Of a DNA stretch of 62,000 nt, positions 10,092 through 18,972 are shown piece by piece. Origin of the DNA: Hyalangium minutum (GTDB lineage: Bacteria; Myxococcota; Myxococcia; Myxococcales; Myxococcaceae). The stretch covers positions 144,001 through 206,000 of the forward strand of contig NZ_JMCB01000006.1 in NCBI RefSeq assembly GCF_000737315.1, read 5' to 3'. Position numbers and translations under genes: made by a program. The notes beneath the pieces are model-generated. The model had not been told where the DNA came from. It worked only from the letters and a program-made list of their open reading frames with translations, and did not search any database. Numbering within the stretch: the first letter of the stretch is position 1; each line of letters opens with the position of its first letter.

Positions 10092-11555
10092 TCATCCTCG
10101 GCGGAAGAACTCCTGGTTCAACCGCTGGGCGCGCTCCTCGGCGAGTTCCACTTCCTCCGTCACGTCCCGGTAGACGGTGACCTGGCCGAACTGGCCATCC
10201 GCGAAGGCCACGGGCTTGGACATCCAGCGGACCACGCGCCGGGGAAACTGCTGGAGCTCGAAGTCCTCGCGCCCCACGTAGGGACCGTCCGCGAGGACGC
10301 GCACCCGCCGCATGAAGTCCAAGGGGTCCTGGAAGCGAGTGGCGAAGGAGCGGACGAACACATCGCGGGGCTGGCCGATCAGCTCGGCCACGGTGCGGTC
10401 CGCCAGCAGGGCCATGTACTCGTTGGCGAAGAGGATGACGCGCCGGTGATCCAGGATCATCACCGCGTCATCCAGCCCGTTGAGCGCGGCCGCCAGGACG
10501 TCCGCGCGCAGGCGCTGCATCGCATGAGCATTCCGCTCCACATGGAGCGAGTGCTGGCTCCTGCGAAGCTGGACGCGCAGTTCGAGCTCTCCGGCCACCC
10601 GGCGTGCCAGCGCCACCAGCGCATCCACCTGCTCGGCGGAGATGGACAGCGGCTGCCGGTCGAGGATGCACAGCGTCCCCAGCACTGTGCCCTCACGGGT
10701 GATGAGGGGAGCGCCCGCGTACGAGCGGAACAAGCCCTCGCGCACCAGCCGGTTGGTGCTGAAGACGGGGTGAGTGGTGGCATCGGGGACCACCAGGGGC
10801 CCGGGCTGCTCCGCCTCCACCACATGGGCGCAGAGCGCCACATCGCGCTCGGTGCCGCGGTCCTGGAGCACCTGGCCCGCGAGCCCCACGTGCGCCTTGA
10901 ACCACTGCCGGTCCTCGAACACCAGGGACAGGAGCGCGATGGGCACGTTGAAGGCCTGGGCCGTCTCCTGCACGAGCCGCTGGAGCGACTCCTCGGGCGG
11001 CCCCTCATCCACGAGCTGCAGGCTGGCCAGCTTCGCCAGACGCGCCCGCTCACGAGCCAAGGCGGCGGCGGCACTCTCGGCGGGAACACCGGCCCGAAAT
11101 GGCACGGGGCGGGGCGGTAGAACCGGAGCGAGAGGCCCGGGAGGCTCGCCTGGAGAAGCGGCTGTAGTAGAGGCCTCTGGCGGCGTGCGTCCGAGCACGC
11201 GATGGACGGCCCGGCGGTAGGACTCGAGGGGAATGCCCTTGGCGAGGACCTCTTGGATACCCAGCAACTCCTTCCGCTCGAGCGCCGCGTTGCGCATCTT
11301 CACGAAGGAGGAGACCACGATGATCCTGGCAAAAGGCGAGCGCTTCCGGACCTCGCGGATGAGCTCGAAGCCATCGATGCCCGCGAGCGACAGCTCGGTG
11401 ATGACCACGGCGGGATCATCGCTGCGCTTGAGGAGCGTGGCCTTGGCGGCCTTGCCATCCGGAACGGAGATGGGCTCGAGGCCCAGCTCCACCAGCAAGG
11501 CATGAAACTTCGAGGAAGACGCGGTATCAGGATCGACGATCAGTCCCCAGGCCAT
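10092..11555 (-). CDS. Atypical receiver-GAF-PAS protein, copy 1 (no output domain)
   Basis: REC with ITELSL (Glu at the phospho-Asp site), GAF (FNVPIALLSLV...RQWFKA...LCAHV...YAGAPL...GTLCILD), C-terminal PAS ending YRDVT. Confidence 0.85.
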   Translation of the reverse strand: MAWGLIVDPDTASSSKFHALLVELGLEPISVPDGKAAKATLLKRSDDPAVVITELSLAGIDGFELIREVRKRSPFARIIVVSSFVKMRNAALERKELLGIQEVLAKGIPLESYRRAVHRVLGRTPPEASTTAASPGEPPGPLAPVLPPRPVPFRAGVPAESAAAALARERARLAKLASLQLVDEGPPEESLQRLVQETAQAFNVPIALLSLVFEDRQWFKAHVGLAGQVLQDRGTERDVALCAHVVEAEQPGPLVVPDATTHPVFSTNRLVREGLFRSYAGAPLITREGTVLGTLCILDRQPLSISAEQVDALVALARRVAGELELRVQLRRSQHSLHVERNAHAMQRLRADVLAAALNGLDDAVMILDHRRVILFANEYMALLADRTVAELIGQPRDVFVRSFATRFQDPLDFMRRVRVLADGPYVGREDFELQQFPRRVVRWMSKPVAFADGQFGQVTVYRDVTEEVELAEERAQRLNQEFFRRG

Positions 11556-11619
11556 GGGGGCCCTCCCTAATGGGCATTGTGCCGGAACTCAACCGGCTTC
11601 CTCGACAGGTGTCCCTAGC

Positions 11620-12342
11620 ATGATTCAAGTCCCTCGACGGTGGATGTGGCTGCTGCTGGGTACAGCGCTGACAGCCTGTGCGTCCGTGCCAGTGGCCTCA
11701 AACGAGGAAGCTGAGGAGTCGGAACAAGCCGCACCCTTCGCAGAGCTTTGCGCCCAAGCGGGCAGCCTGGTGCCGATCTGCGGCGCAAGCCAGTGTGGCC
11801 TTTACCCTTGCCGGGAGGTGGTGGAGCACCTCTCCACTTCGGGTCAGGTGCTGTTGGCTCGCACCGGCGGCATGGTGCTCCCGGGCCCTGGCAGCTCAGC
11901 TCAGAGGTACTGGGGCAGCGCCGATGGCCTGCCGCTGAACTCGAATCCCGTCTTCATCATCCCTTGGGGTCCCAAGCCACCGCTCCTGCCCAGCCAGAAG
12001 AAGATGCTGGAGGAGCTGGAGGCTGAGCGGCGTAAGCCTCACGAGAAGCACCACATCTTTCCTCAGGAGCCGGATCTTAAGAGGTGGTTCACTCGGAAAG
12101 GCATCAACATTCACGAGTTCACGATGCCGTTGCTCGTGGATGTACACCGTCGCATCCACCATCCCCCACCTCCGGGTGGGGCGTGGAACGAAGCGTGGCG
12201 GCAGTACAAGGACAGCCACGACAATGCTCCCAAGGAAGAGATTTACCGGTATGCAGGGCAGCTCATCTATGAGTTCGAGTTGGTCGGCCCAATCGTCCCC
12301 TATTACCGGCAGTGGACGCAGCCACCACCGATCGGCGGGTGA
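11620..12342 (+). CDS. sitA6: SitA6-family (TIGR02269/DUF2380) polymorphic toxin lipoprotein
   Basis: Lipobox LTAC, CGASQCGLYPC N-domain, C-terminal HHIFPQ...GINIH...HRRIH...GGAWNEAW. Followed by a double-CXXCG gene. Confidence 0.85.
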   Translation: MIQVPRRWMWLLLGTALTACASVPVASNEEAEESEQAAPFAELCAQAGSLVPICGASQCGLYPCREVVEHLSTSGQVLLARTGGMVLPGPGSSAQRYWGSADGLPLNSNPVFIIPWGPKPPLLPSQKKMLEELEAERRKPHEKHHIFPQEPDLKRWFTRKGINIHEFTMPLLVDVHRRIHHPPPPGGAWNEAWRQYKDSHDNAPKEEIYRYAGQLIYEFELVGPIVPYYRQWTQPPPIGG

Positions 12343-13067
12343 TGAAGTCCATGCGCTACTACTTCGTGGATTACTCCCGGGCTCCACAGTACTCGGGAAC
12401 CTTTAGCGCTTCACACAAGTGGGGATTGCCGGGTATCCACTGCCCTCTGTGCGATGCGACTTGGTCCACCGGGTCGAATGCTTACCCTTCGGTGGACCTC
12501 TCTCACGTGCCGGATCAAACGAAGTACTCGGCACGGCTGGAAGAGGACTATGCCGAGTTCGAGCGGCTGCGCGAGCAGGTGCGCTCGCTGGTGCCACCTG
12601 GTGTACCGCTGTGGCCGGGAACAGAATTCGGACCTCTTGAAGGATCAGCCCGAGGTGAGTTCGGCCCTCTCTACATGTACTTCTCGTACGCCATGTTGCT
12701 GCGGGGCGAGACACTCCGACACCTGCAGGCCGAAGCTGTCCAAGGCCTCAAGGGATGCCGCACGAAGGTGGCCTTCCGCAAGAAGGACCCGCCCGAGTTG
12801 CTGGAACTTGAGCTGTTGCCTCGAGGCCATTTGCATCCGGACTGCTTGCCCGCAGATCGTGAGCCTCCGTGCCCAAAGTGTGGTCGCAGAGGGTGGAAAC
12901 GCCCGGATGATCTCATCCTCAGCGCCGCGTCTCTCCCCCAGGACCTGGACGTATTCCGGCTGGAGGACTTCCTAACGACGATCATCGCCTCCGAGCGCTT
13001 CGTCGAGACCGCACGGCGCCTCGGCTACGAGCAGGACATCGTCTTCCGCGAGCTTCCCACCCGATAG
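12342..13067 (+). CDS. sitI6: SitI6-family double-CXXCG immunity protein (TIGR02264-like)
   Basis: LPGIHCPLCDATW and CPKCGR motifs, DVFRLEDF. TGATG overlap with the sitA6 stop. Confidence 0.85.
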   Translation: MKSMRYYFVDYSRAPQYSGTFSASHKWGLPGIHCPLCDATWSTGSNAYPSVDLSHVPDQTKYSARLEEDYAEFERLREQVRSLVPPGVPLWPGTEFGPLEGSARGEFGPLYMYFSYAMLLRGETLRHLQAEAVQGLKGCRTKVAFRKKDPPELLELELLPRGHLHPDCLPADREPPCPKCGRRGWKRPDDLILSAASLPQDLDVFRLEDFLTTIIASERFVETARRLGYEQDIVFRELPTR

Positions 13068-13071
13068 AAAG

Positions 13072-13105
13072 GAGCACCGTGGCCACAACCCAGGCCACGG
13101 TGCTC
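13072..13105. terminator. Perfect 13-bp hairpin between convergent sitI6 and the aldo/keto reductase
   Basis: GAGCACCGTGGCC-N8-GGCCACGGTGCTC with short A tracts on both sides. The minus-strand transcript has CTTT after the stem. Confidence 0.7.
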
Positions 13106-13115
13106 AAAACCACCG

Positions 13116-14201
13116 CTACCAGCGGTCCTTGTCCGTCTTCGGCGCCAGCGGGAACGCCGGCGCGGAGATGCCGTTCACGCTCAAGCCTCCATGCATGAAC
13201 GTGGGCGTGCCCTGCAGGAAGCCCGCCGGGAAGTTCAGCGCTGGCTTCGACACCTCATCCAGCGCCGCTACCTGCTGCGGCGTCAGCTTCAGCTCCAGCG
13301 CCCCCAGGTTGTTGTCCAGCTGCTCCAGCGTCCGCGCCCCGATGATCGTCGAGCTCACCCCCGGCCGGCTCTGCACCCACGCCAGCGCCACCCGCGCCAC
13401 CGTGCTCTCCTGCTCCTTCGCCACCTTCTGCAGCACGTCGATGATGCTGTAGGCCTTCTCGCCCAGGTTGCCGTCCACCCACTGGCCGCGATCCGCCTTC
13501 ACCTTGCCCGCGTTCTCCCGCGTGTACTTGCCGCTCAGCACCCCGCTCTTCAGCGGCGACCACGGCGTCACCCCCAGCCCCAGCTCGCGCGCCATCGGGA
13601 TCAGCTCGCCCTCCACCGTGCGCTCGATCAGCGAGTACTCGATCTGCAATGCAATCAGCGGCGACCAGCCCTTGAACTGCGCCAGCAACTGCGCCTGCGC
13701 CACCTTCCACGCCGGCGTGTCCGAAAACCCGATGTACCGGACCTTCCCCGCCCGCACCAGGTCATCCAACGCCCGCATCGTCTCCTCGATGGGCGTGTGC
13801 CGATCCAGGCAGTGCATCCAGTACAGGTCGATGTAGTCCGTCTGCAGCCGGCGCAGGGACTCGTCGCACGCGGCCATCAGCGACTTGCGCCCCGCTCCAC
13901 CGCCGTTCGGATCCGCCGGGAACAGGTTCCCGAAGAACTTGGTGGCGATCACCACCCGGTGCCGCTTGCTCGGGTTCTTCCCCAGGTGGTCCCCGATGAT
14001 CTTCTCCGAGTGCCCCAGCGTGTAGATGTTCGCCGTATCGATGAAGTTGCCACCCCGCTCGATGAAGCGGTCCATGATGGCGTTGGAGGTCTCGACGCTG
14101 CTGCCCCAGCCGAGATCCTCGCCGAACGTCATCGCTCCGAGGCAGAACGGACTGACGCGCAGGCCGGAGTGGCCAAGGGTGAGATACGCATTGAGTGCCA
14201 T
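13116..14201 (-). CDS. Aldo/keto reductase
   Basis: LGAMTFG, FIDTANIY, IATKF, SLRRLQTDYIDLY, GKVRYIGFSD, PWSPL, IIGAR. GGAG RBS before ATG 14201. Confidence 0.93.
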   Translation of the reverse strand: MALNAYLTLGHSGLRVSPFCLGAMTFGEDLGWGSSVETSNAIMDRFIERGGNFIDTANIYTLGHSEKIIGDHLGKNPSKRHRVVIATKFFGNLFPADPNGGGAGRKSLMAACDESLRRLQTDYIDLYWMHCLDRHTPIEETMRALDDLVRAGKVRYIGFSDTPAWKVAQAQLLAQFKGWSPLIALQIEYSLIERTVEGELIPMARELGLGVTPWSPLKSGVLSGKYTRENAGKVKADRGQWVDGNLGEKAYSIIDVLQKVAKEQESTVARVALAWVQSRPGVSSTIIGARTLEQLDNNLGALELKLTPQQVAALDEVSKPALNFPAGFLQGTPTFMHGGLSVNGISAPAFPLAPKTDKDRW

Positions 14202-14217
14202 GGGTTCTCCCAAAACA

Positions 14218-14273
14218 GGTAGAGCGGCGCGGAGGAGTAACAGGGAGTCCTCTCCTCCGCTCGCTCATCTACC
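14218..14273. other. Imperfect long inverted repeat upstream of the AKR start
   Basis: GGTAGAGCGGCGCGGAGGAG ... CTCCTCCGCTCGCTCATCTACC. Confidence 0.45.
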
Positions 14274-14293
14274 TCTGGCACTCTCTCACTCCG

Positions 14294-15754
14294 TCACCGT
14301 CTGGCGAGCTCCTCGGCAAGCTCGACCTCATTCGTCACGTCCTTGTAGACGGTGACCTGTCCGAAGTTGCCATCGGCGAACGCCACCGGCCGGGAGCTCC
14401 ACCGGACCACGCGCCGCCGGAACTGCTGCAGCTCGAAGTCCTCGCGCCCCACGTAGGGGCCATCCACGGGGATGCGCACCCGCCGCAGGAAGTCCTTGGG
14501 CTCCTTGAACCGGGCCGCGAAGTCGCGAATGAACGCGTCGCGGTGCATGCCGATCAGCTCGGACACCGTCTTGTCCGCCAGCAGCGCCATGAACTCGTTG
14601 GCGAAGAGAATCACGCGCCGGTGATCAAAGAGCATCACCGCGTCATCCAAGCCATCGAGCGTGGCCGCCAGGATGTCCGCCCGCATGCGCTGCACCGTGT
14701 GGGCATCGCGCTCCGCGCTCAGCGAGCGCTGGCTCTTGCTCAGCTGGCCGCGCAGGTCGAGCTCTCCGGCCACTCGGCGCGCCAGCGCCACCAGGTTGTC
14801 CACCTGCTCGGCGGAGATGGACATCGGCTTCTTGTCGAGGATGCACAGCGTCCCCAGCACCGTCCCCCCACGGGTGATGAGGGGAGCGCCTGCATACGAG
14901 CGGAACACGCCCTCACGCACCAGCCGGTTGGTGCTGAACACGGGGTGAGTCGCGGCATCGGGGACCACCAGGGGCTCGGGCTGCTCCGCCTCCACCACAT
15001 GGGCGCAGAGCGCCACGTCGCGCGGCGTGCCGCGCTCCTCGAGCAGCTTGCCGCCGAGCCCCACGTGCGCCTTGAACCACTGCCGGTCCTCGAGCACCAG
15101 GGACAGGAGGGCGATGGGCACATTGAAGGCTTGCGCCGTCTCCTGCACGAGGCGCTGGAGCTCCTCGTCCGGAGGCCCTTCATCCACGAGGTGAAGGCTG
15201 GCCAGCTTCGCCAACCGCGCCCGCTCGCGCGACAGGAGCGCGGCATCCTCGGAGGCAGGGCTGGAGCGGGGCACCCCTGGGCGAAGCGGAGGATCCAGGA
15301 GGGGCAGCTCGGGCAGGAGGGGCAGCTCGGGCGGGAGCTGCAGCTCGGGCAGGGAGGGGAGTGCGGCCGGGGCCTCGGGCGCCGTGCGCCCGAGCGCGCG
15401 GTAGAGGATGCGCCGGAAGGAGTCGAAGGGTGCACCCTTGGCAAGGATCTCCTGGATGCCCAGCAGCTCCTTCTTCTCGAGCGCCGCGGTGCGCATCTTC
15501 ACGAACGAGGAGACGACGATGACCCGCGTGCTCGACGAGCCCTTCCGGACGTCGCGAATCAACTCGAAGCCATCCAGCCCCGCCAGGGACAGCTCGGTGA
15601 TGACCACGGCGGGCTGCTCGCGGCGCTCCTGAAGCGCGGTCTTCGCGGCCCGCCCATCTTGAGCGAGGACGGGCTCGATCCCCGCCTCCCTCAACAAGGC
15701 CTGGAACTTCGAGGAACACGCGGTGTTGGGCTCGACAATCAATCCCCAGGACAT
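14294..15754 (-). CDS. Atypical receiver-GAF-PAS protein, copy 2 (paralog of 10092-11555)
   Basis: Same architecture and ITELSL motif, with long near-identical peptide stretches to copy 1. Start at MSWG (15754) by alignment. Confidence 0.85.
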   Translation of the reverse strand: MSWGLIVEPNTACSSKFQALLREAGIEPVLAQDGRAAKTALQERREQPAVVITELSLAGLDGFELIRDVRKGSSSTRVIVVSSFVKMRTAALEKKELLGIQEILAKGAPFDSFRRILYRALGRTAPEAPAALPSLPELQLPPELPLLPELPLLDPPLRPGVPRSSPASEDAALLSRERARLAKLASLHLVDEGPPDEELQRLVQETAQAFNVPIALLSLVLEDRQWFKAHVGLGGKLLEERGTPRDVALCAHVVEAEQPEPLVVPDAATHPVFSTNRLVREGVFRSYAGAPLITRGGTVLGTLCILDKKPMSISAEQVDNLVALARRVAGELDLRGQLSKSQRSLSAERDAHTVQRMRADILAATLDGLDDAVMLFDHRRVILFANEFMALLADKTVSELIGMHRDAFIRDFAARFKEPKDFLRRVRIPVDGPYVGREDFELQQFRRRVVRWSSRPVAFADGNFGQVTVYKDVTNEVELAEELARR

Positions 15755-15794
15755 GCAACCCTTTCCCTTCTCTGTGCGCAGACGGGCAGTGCCC

Positions 15795-17441
15795 CTAGCT
15801 TCCTGCGCGAATGATTTCAGCAATGGACCGCTCCGCCAACGCGGTGATGGTCAGCGACGGATTGACCGTCCCCGTGCTCCCGGGAATCGCTGCGCCATCG
15901 ACGACATAGAGCCGGTCGTAGCCTTTGACACGGCCGTAGGCGTCGGTCGATCGCCCGAGCACCGACCCACCGAGCGGGTGCGCCGTGAAGGTGGCGTTGA
16001 CATCCGTTGCGAGCACCGGAATGCCCACCTGTGTGCCGCTGGCGGCGGCGATGCGGTTGTTGACGGCTCTCAGCGCGGCCACGGCGGCGTCGTTGCCATG
16101 GCTCGGCCAGTCGAGCACCACCTTCTTGCGGGTGCTGTCGTACCGGAAGCTCGCGCGCTGGGAGTCCAGCGCCATGCCGAGCGTGCCAATCAATCCTGGG
16201 TTGAGCGGCAGGTTGGGGACGTACCAGTTCTCCATCGTCACCGGCATCCCGCGCTCATCGAGGATGCGCGAGGCGCACGGTGAGCCCTGGTTGAAGCCCT
16301 CGAGGCCGGAGAACACGCGCGCCACGGCCGCATCCCCGTTCGTGCCCCAGCCCGTGCCAATGGTCTCATCGAGGTGGGGCAGTGCGCCCGTGTCGCGGGC
16401 CGCGACGAGCAGCTCGCTGGTGCCGATAGAGCCCGCTCCCAGGAAGAGGCGGTCGGCCGTCAGGGTGCGCTGGCGAAGGACCGTGCCGTTCGGAGCGATG
16501 ACGTTGACCTGCACCCAGTAGCGGCCATCTGCCTCGCGGCCAATGGCCGTGACCTGGTGCCCGGGGTGGATGGTCACCCTGCCGGTGGCCTCGGCCTGGG
16601 GGAGGTAGTTCTGCCCCAAGTCATACTTGGCCCCGTTCGCGTTCCCGAAGGTGCTCTCCCCGAGGATGGCGGAGGCGCGCGACGTGCCCGCCAGCTCGCG
16701 CCGCACGATGTCCCAGCGGAAGATGGAGTCGATGCGCTGCGGGGTGTATCCCGCCTGCATGACGTGGGTATCCCAGACGCGGGAGTGACCAAAGGGCGCG
16801 CTCTGGTACACGTCCGCCGGCATGGGCGAGACCGCAAGCATCTGCCGGGCGAGCGGGTAGTAGACCCGGTCCATCTCCTCGTAGCTCACGACGCCCTGGA
16901 ACACGTGGTCGAAGAAGCGCCGCTCGGGCTGCACCATCGCCCCGGTGAAGACGACCGAGCCCCCGCCGACAGCCGCTCCTCGCCACACCTTGATGTGCTC
17001 ATAGTCGGTGACGTCGAGCACGCCGCCAAAGGAGTCGACCGGCCGGACGATGCCGTCGAACCCCGGGAAGCTCGTCCTGAACCAGACGGACCGGCCGTCG
17101 ATCAGGGACTCGGAGGAGAAGATCTGGCGCCACAGATCACGCGGCCAGCGCGAGCCGCGCTCGAGCATCGTCACCTGCACGCCCGCCTGTCCGAGCCGCA
17201 GCGCGGACACGGCCGCACCGAAGCCCGTGCCAATCACGAGCGCCTGGGAGTGCGAGGGAGCCGTGGGCAACGCCCGGAAGATCTCCGGCACCTCGAGCCG
17301 GTACACGAGCTCGTTGAGCGAGCCCACGGGAGGCGCTGTCTCGGCCGCCCGCGCCGCACTGGGTCCCAAGAGGGCGGAGCCTGTGCCCGTCATGGCTCCC
17401 AGGGTCCCGAGTTTGAGCAAGCTGCGTCGAGAGAGCTTCAT
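15795..17441 (-). CDS. Cholesterol oxidase-like GMC oxidoreductase with Tat signal
   Basis: SRRSLLK twin-Arg leader, GTGFGAAVSALRL FAD motif, GAAVGGGSVV, LGAGSIGT, TAHPLGG, VVDG...VNPSLTITALAER. Confidence 0.85.
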   Translation of the reverse strand: MKLSRRSLLKLGTLGAMTGTGSALLGPSAARAAETAPPVGSLNELVYRLEVPEIFRALPTAPSHSQALVIGTGFGAAVSALRLGQAGVQVTMLERGSRWPRDLWRQIFSSESLIDGRSVWFRTSFPGFDGIVRPVDSFGGVLDVTDYEHIKVWRGAAVGGGSVVFTGAMVQPERRFFDHVFQGVVSYEEMDRVYYPLARQMLAVSPMPADVYQSAPFGHSRVWDTHVMQAGYTPQRIDSIFRWDIVRRELAGTSRASAILGESTFGNANGAKYDLGQNYLPQAEATGRVTIHPGHQVTAIGREADGRYWVQVNVIAPNGTVLRQRTLTADRLFLGAGSIGTSELLVAARDTGALPHLDETIGTGWGTNGDAAVARVFSGLEGFNQGSPCASRILDERGMPVTMENWYVPNLPLNPGLIGTLGMALDSQRASFRYDSTRKKVVLDWPSHGNDAAVAALRAVNNRIAAASGTQVGIPVLATDVNATFTAHPLGGSVLGRSTDAYGRVKGYDRLYVVDGAAIPGSTGTVNPSLTITALAERSIAEIIRAGS

Positions 17442-17567
17442 CCCGTCTCCTTATAAGGACCTGACGCGGAGCTCCCGTTACCAGCTCAGCGGGGTCTTCC
17501 GGGTATATTGAAGTGAGCCCCTACCCTTGGATCGCTAGGGGTTGTCCCCAATCCACGAGGAGGTGCC

Positions 17568-18956
17568 ATGAAGCTCCTGCAAGGAATCGCTCTCGTCATC
17601 CTGGGGGCCAGCTGCGCCCACACCCCAGAGAAAGCCTCACCCGCCGAGTCCTCACCGGCAGACCGAGCCCAGGCACTGTCCTCCCAGGCCGACAAGGCCT
17701 ACAGCGCCCAGGACTTCTCCGGCTGCGCCGAGCTGTTCCGCCAGGCTGCCGAGGCCAGCACCGAGGATGACCCGCGCGCCACCGCCTTCTACAGCGCCGC
17801 AGGCTGCTCGGCCCTGGCGGGCAACCCCACCCAAGCGCTCGAGCTCCTGAGGCGCTCGGTCCAGAGCGGCTACTTCGATCCAGACACCCTGCAGCATGAC
17901 CCGGAGCTGGTCTCGGTCCACGCGCTCCCCGGCTGGCAGGAGGTCGTCGCCGGAGCCCAGGCCAATCTGGCGAAGGCCCCGAGCCCACCGCTCCCTGTCG
18001 CCAAGCTCGCGGGCATCGACGTCTACGGCTCGCGCCGCGCCAGCACGGAGGCCGTCCGCCAGATGCTCGGCTTCGAGCTGGGCCAGCTCATCGTCCCCAG
18101 CAAGGCCCTGTTCAAGCAGAAGGAGGAGGCCCTCCAGAAGCAGTTCAACCTCGCCTTCGCCAAGATCGCCTTCATCTACTTCTTCGGGGGCGATGACAAA
18201 GGCAGCGCCTTCATCACCGCGGACCTCGTGGATGCCGAGGACGCGCAGCGGCTGCGCTTCCTCCCCGAGCCCACGGGCCATGTCCCGGATCCCGAGAGCC
18301 TCGTCGCCGAGTGGCAGGCCTATGACTTCCAGACTGAGCGGCTCATGAAGACGGGCCAGCTCGATCCGGAGAAGGGCTTCACCTGCCGCGTCGCCCACTG
18401 CACCTTCGGCTTCGCGCACCCCACACTCGAGCGCTTCGAGCCACTCTTCCTGGAGAAGGTCCCTCGCCACCAGGACGCGATCACGAAGGTGCTGCGTGAG
18501 GACGCCGATGCCGCGAAGCGCGAGGCCGCCGCCTACCTGCTGGCCTACGCCGCCTCGCCCGAGCAGACCGTCGCCCGGCTCGTGCCCTCCATCCGAGATC
18601 CCTCCGGCTCCGTGCGCAACGGCGTGCTCCGCGTGCTGATTGCCACCCAGGAGGCCGCGGACCATCCGCTCGTGGACGCTGCGGTGGTGGCCGACGCCGC
18701 CTCCATGCCGGAGACCACCGACCGCAACAAGGCCCTCTTCCTGCTCAAGATGCTGCTGGATGACCTGAAGCCCGACGCGCTCAAGGCCCAGCGCGGCCCA
18801 CTCCTCAAGCAGCTCGGCCCGCAGCTGGTGACCCTGGCCGCCATGCAGCAACCCATCAACCGGGAGCCCGCCATCGAGGTCCTCCAGGCGCTCTCCGGAG
18901 AGAGCTTCGAGACCGCCGATCAGTGGAAGGCCTGGCTCGCGCGCCAACCCCAGTGA
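17568..18956 (+). CDS. Lipoprotein with TPR-like, POTRA-like and HEAT-repeat regions
   Basis: Lipobox GASC, FYSAAGCSALAG...ALELL...DPEL TPR end-of-group-like motif, IDVYGSRR...VRQML segment, helical repeats. Confidence 0.65.
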   Translation: MKLLQGIALVILGASCAHTPEKASPAESSPADRAQALSSQADKAYSAQDFSGCAELFRQAAEASTEDDPRATAFYSAAGCSALAGNPTQALELLRRSVQSGYFDPDTLQHDPELVSVHALPGWQEVVAGAQANLAKAPSPPLPVAKLAGIDVYGSRRASTEAVRQMLGFELGQLIVPSKALFKQKEEALQKQFNLAFAKIAFIYFFGGDDKGSAFITADLVDAEDAQRLRFLPEPTGHVPDPESLVAEWQAYDFQTERLMKTGQLDPEKGFTCRVAHCTFGFAHPTLERFEPLFLEKVPRHQDAITKVLREDADAAKREAAAYLLAYAASPEQTVARLVPSIRDPSGSVRNGVLRVLIATQEAADHPLVDAAVVADAASMPETTDRNKALFLLKMLLDDLKPDALKAQRGPLLKQLGPQLVTLAAMQQPINREPAIEVLQALSGESFETADQWKAWLARQPQ

Positions 18957-18972
18957 AGCGAGGCCCTCCCCC

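Noticed and set aside
10092-15754. Composite transposon or prophage-like island bounded by repeats
   Set aside because: There is no transposase, integrase, terminal inverted repeat or target duplication. The flanking paralogs are clearly diverged and their upstream regions differ.
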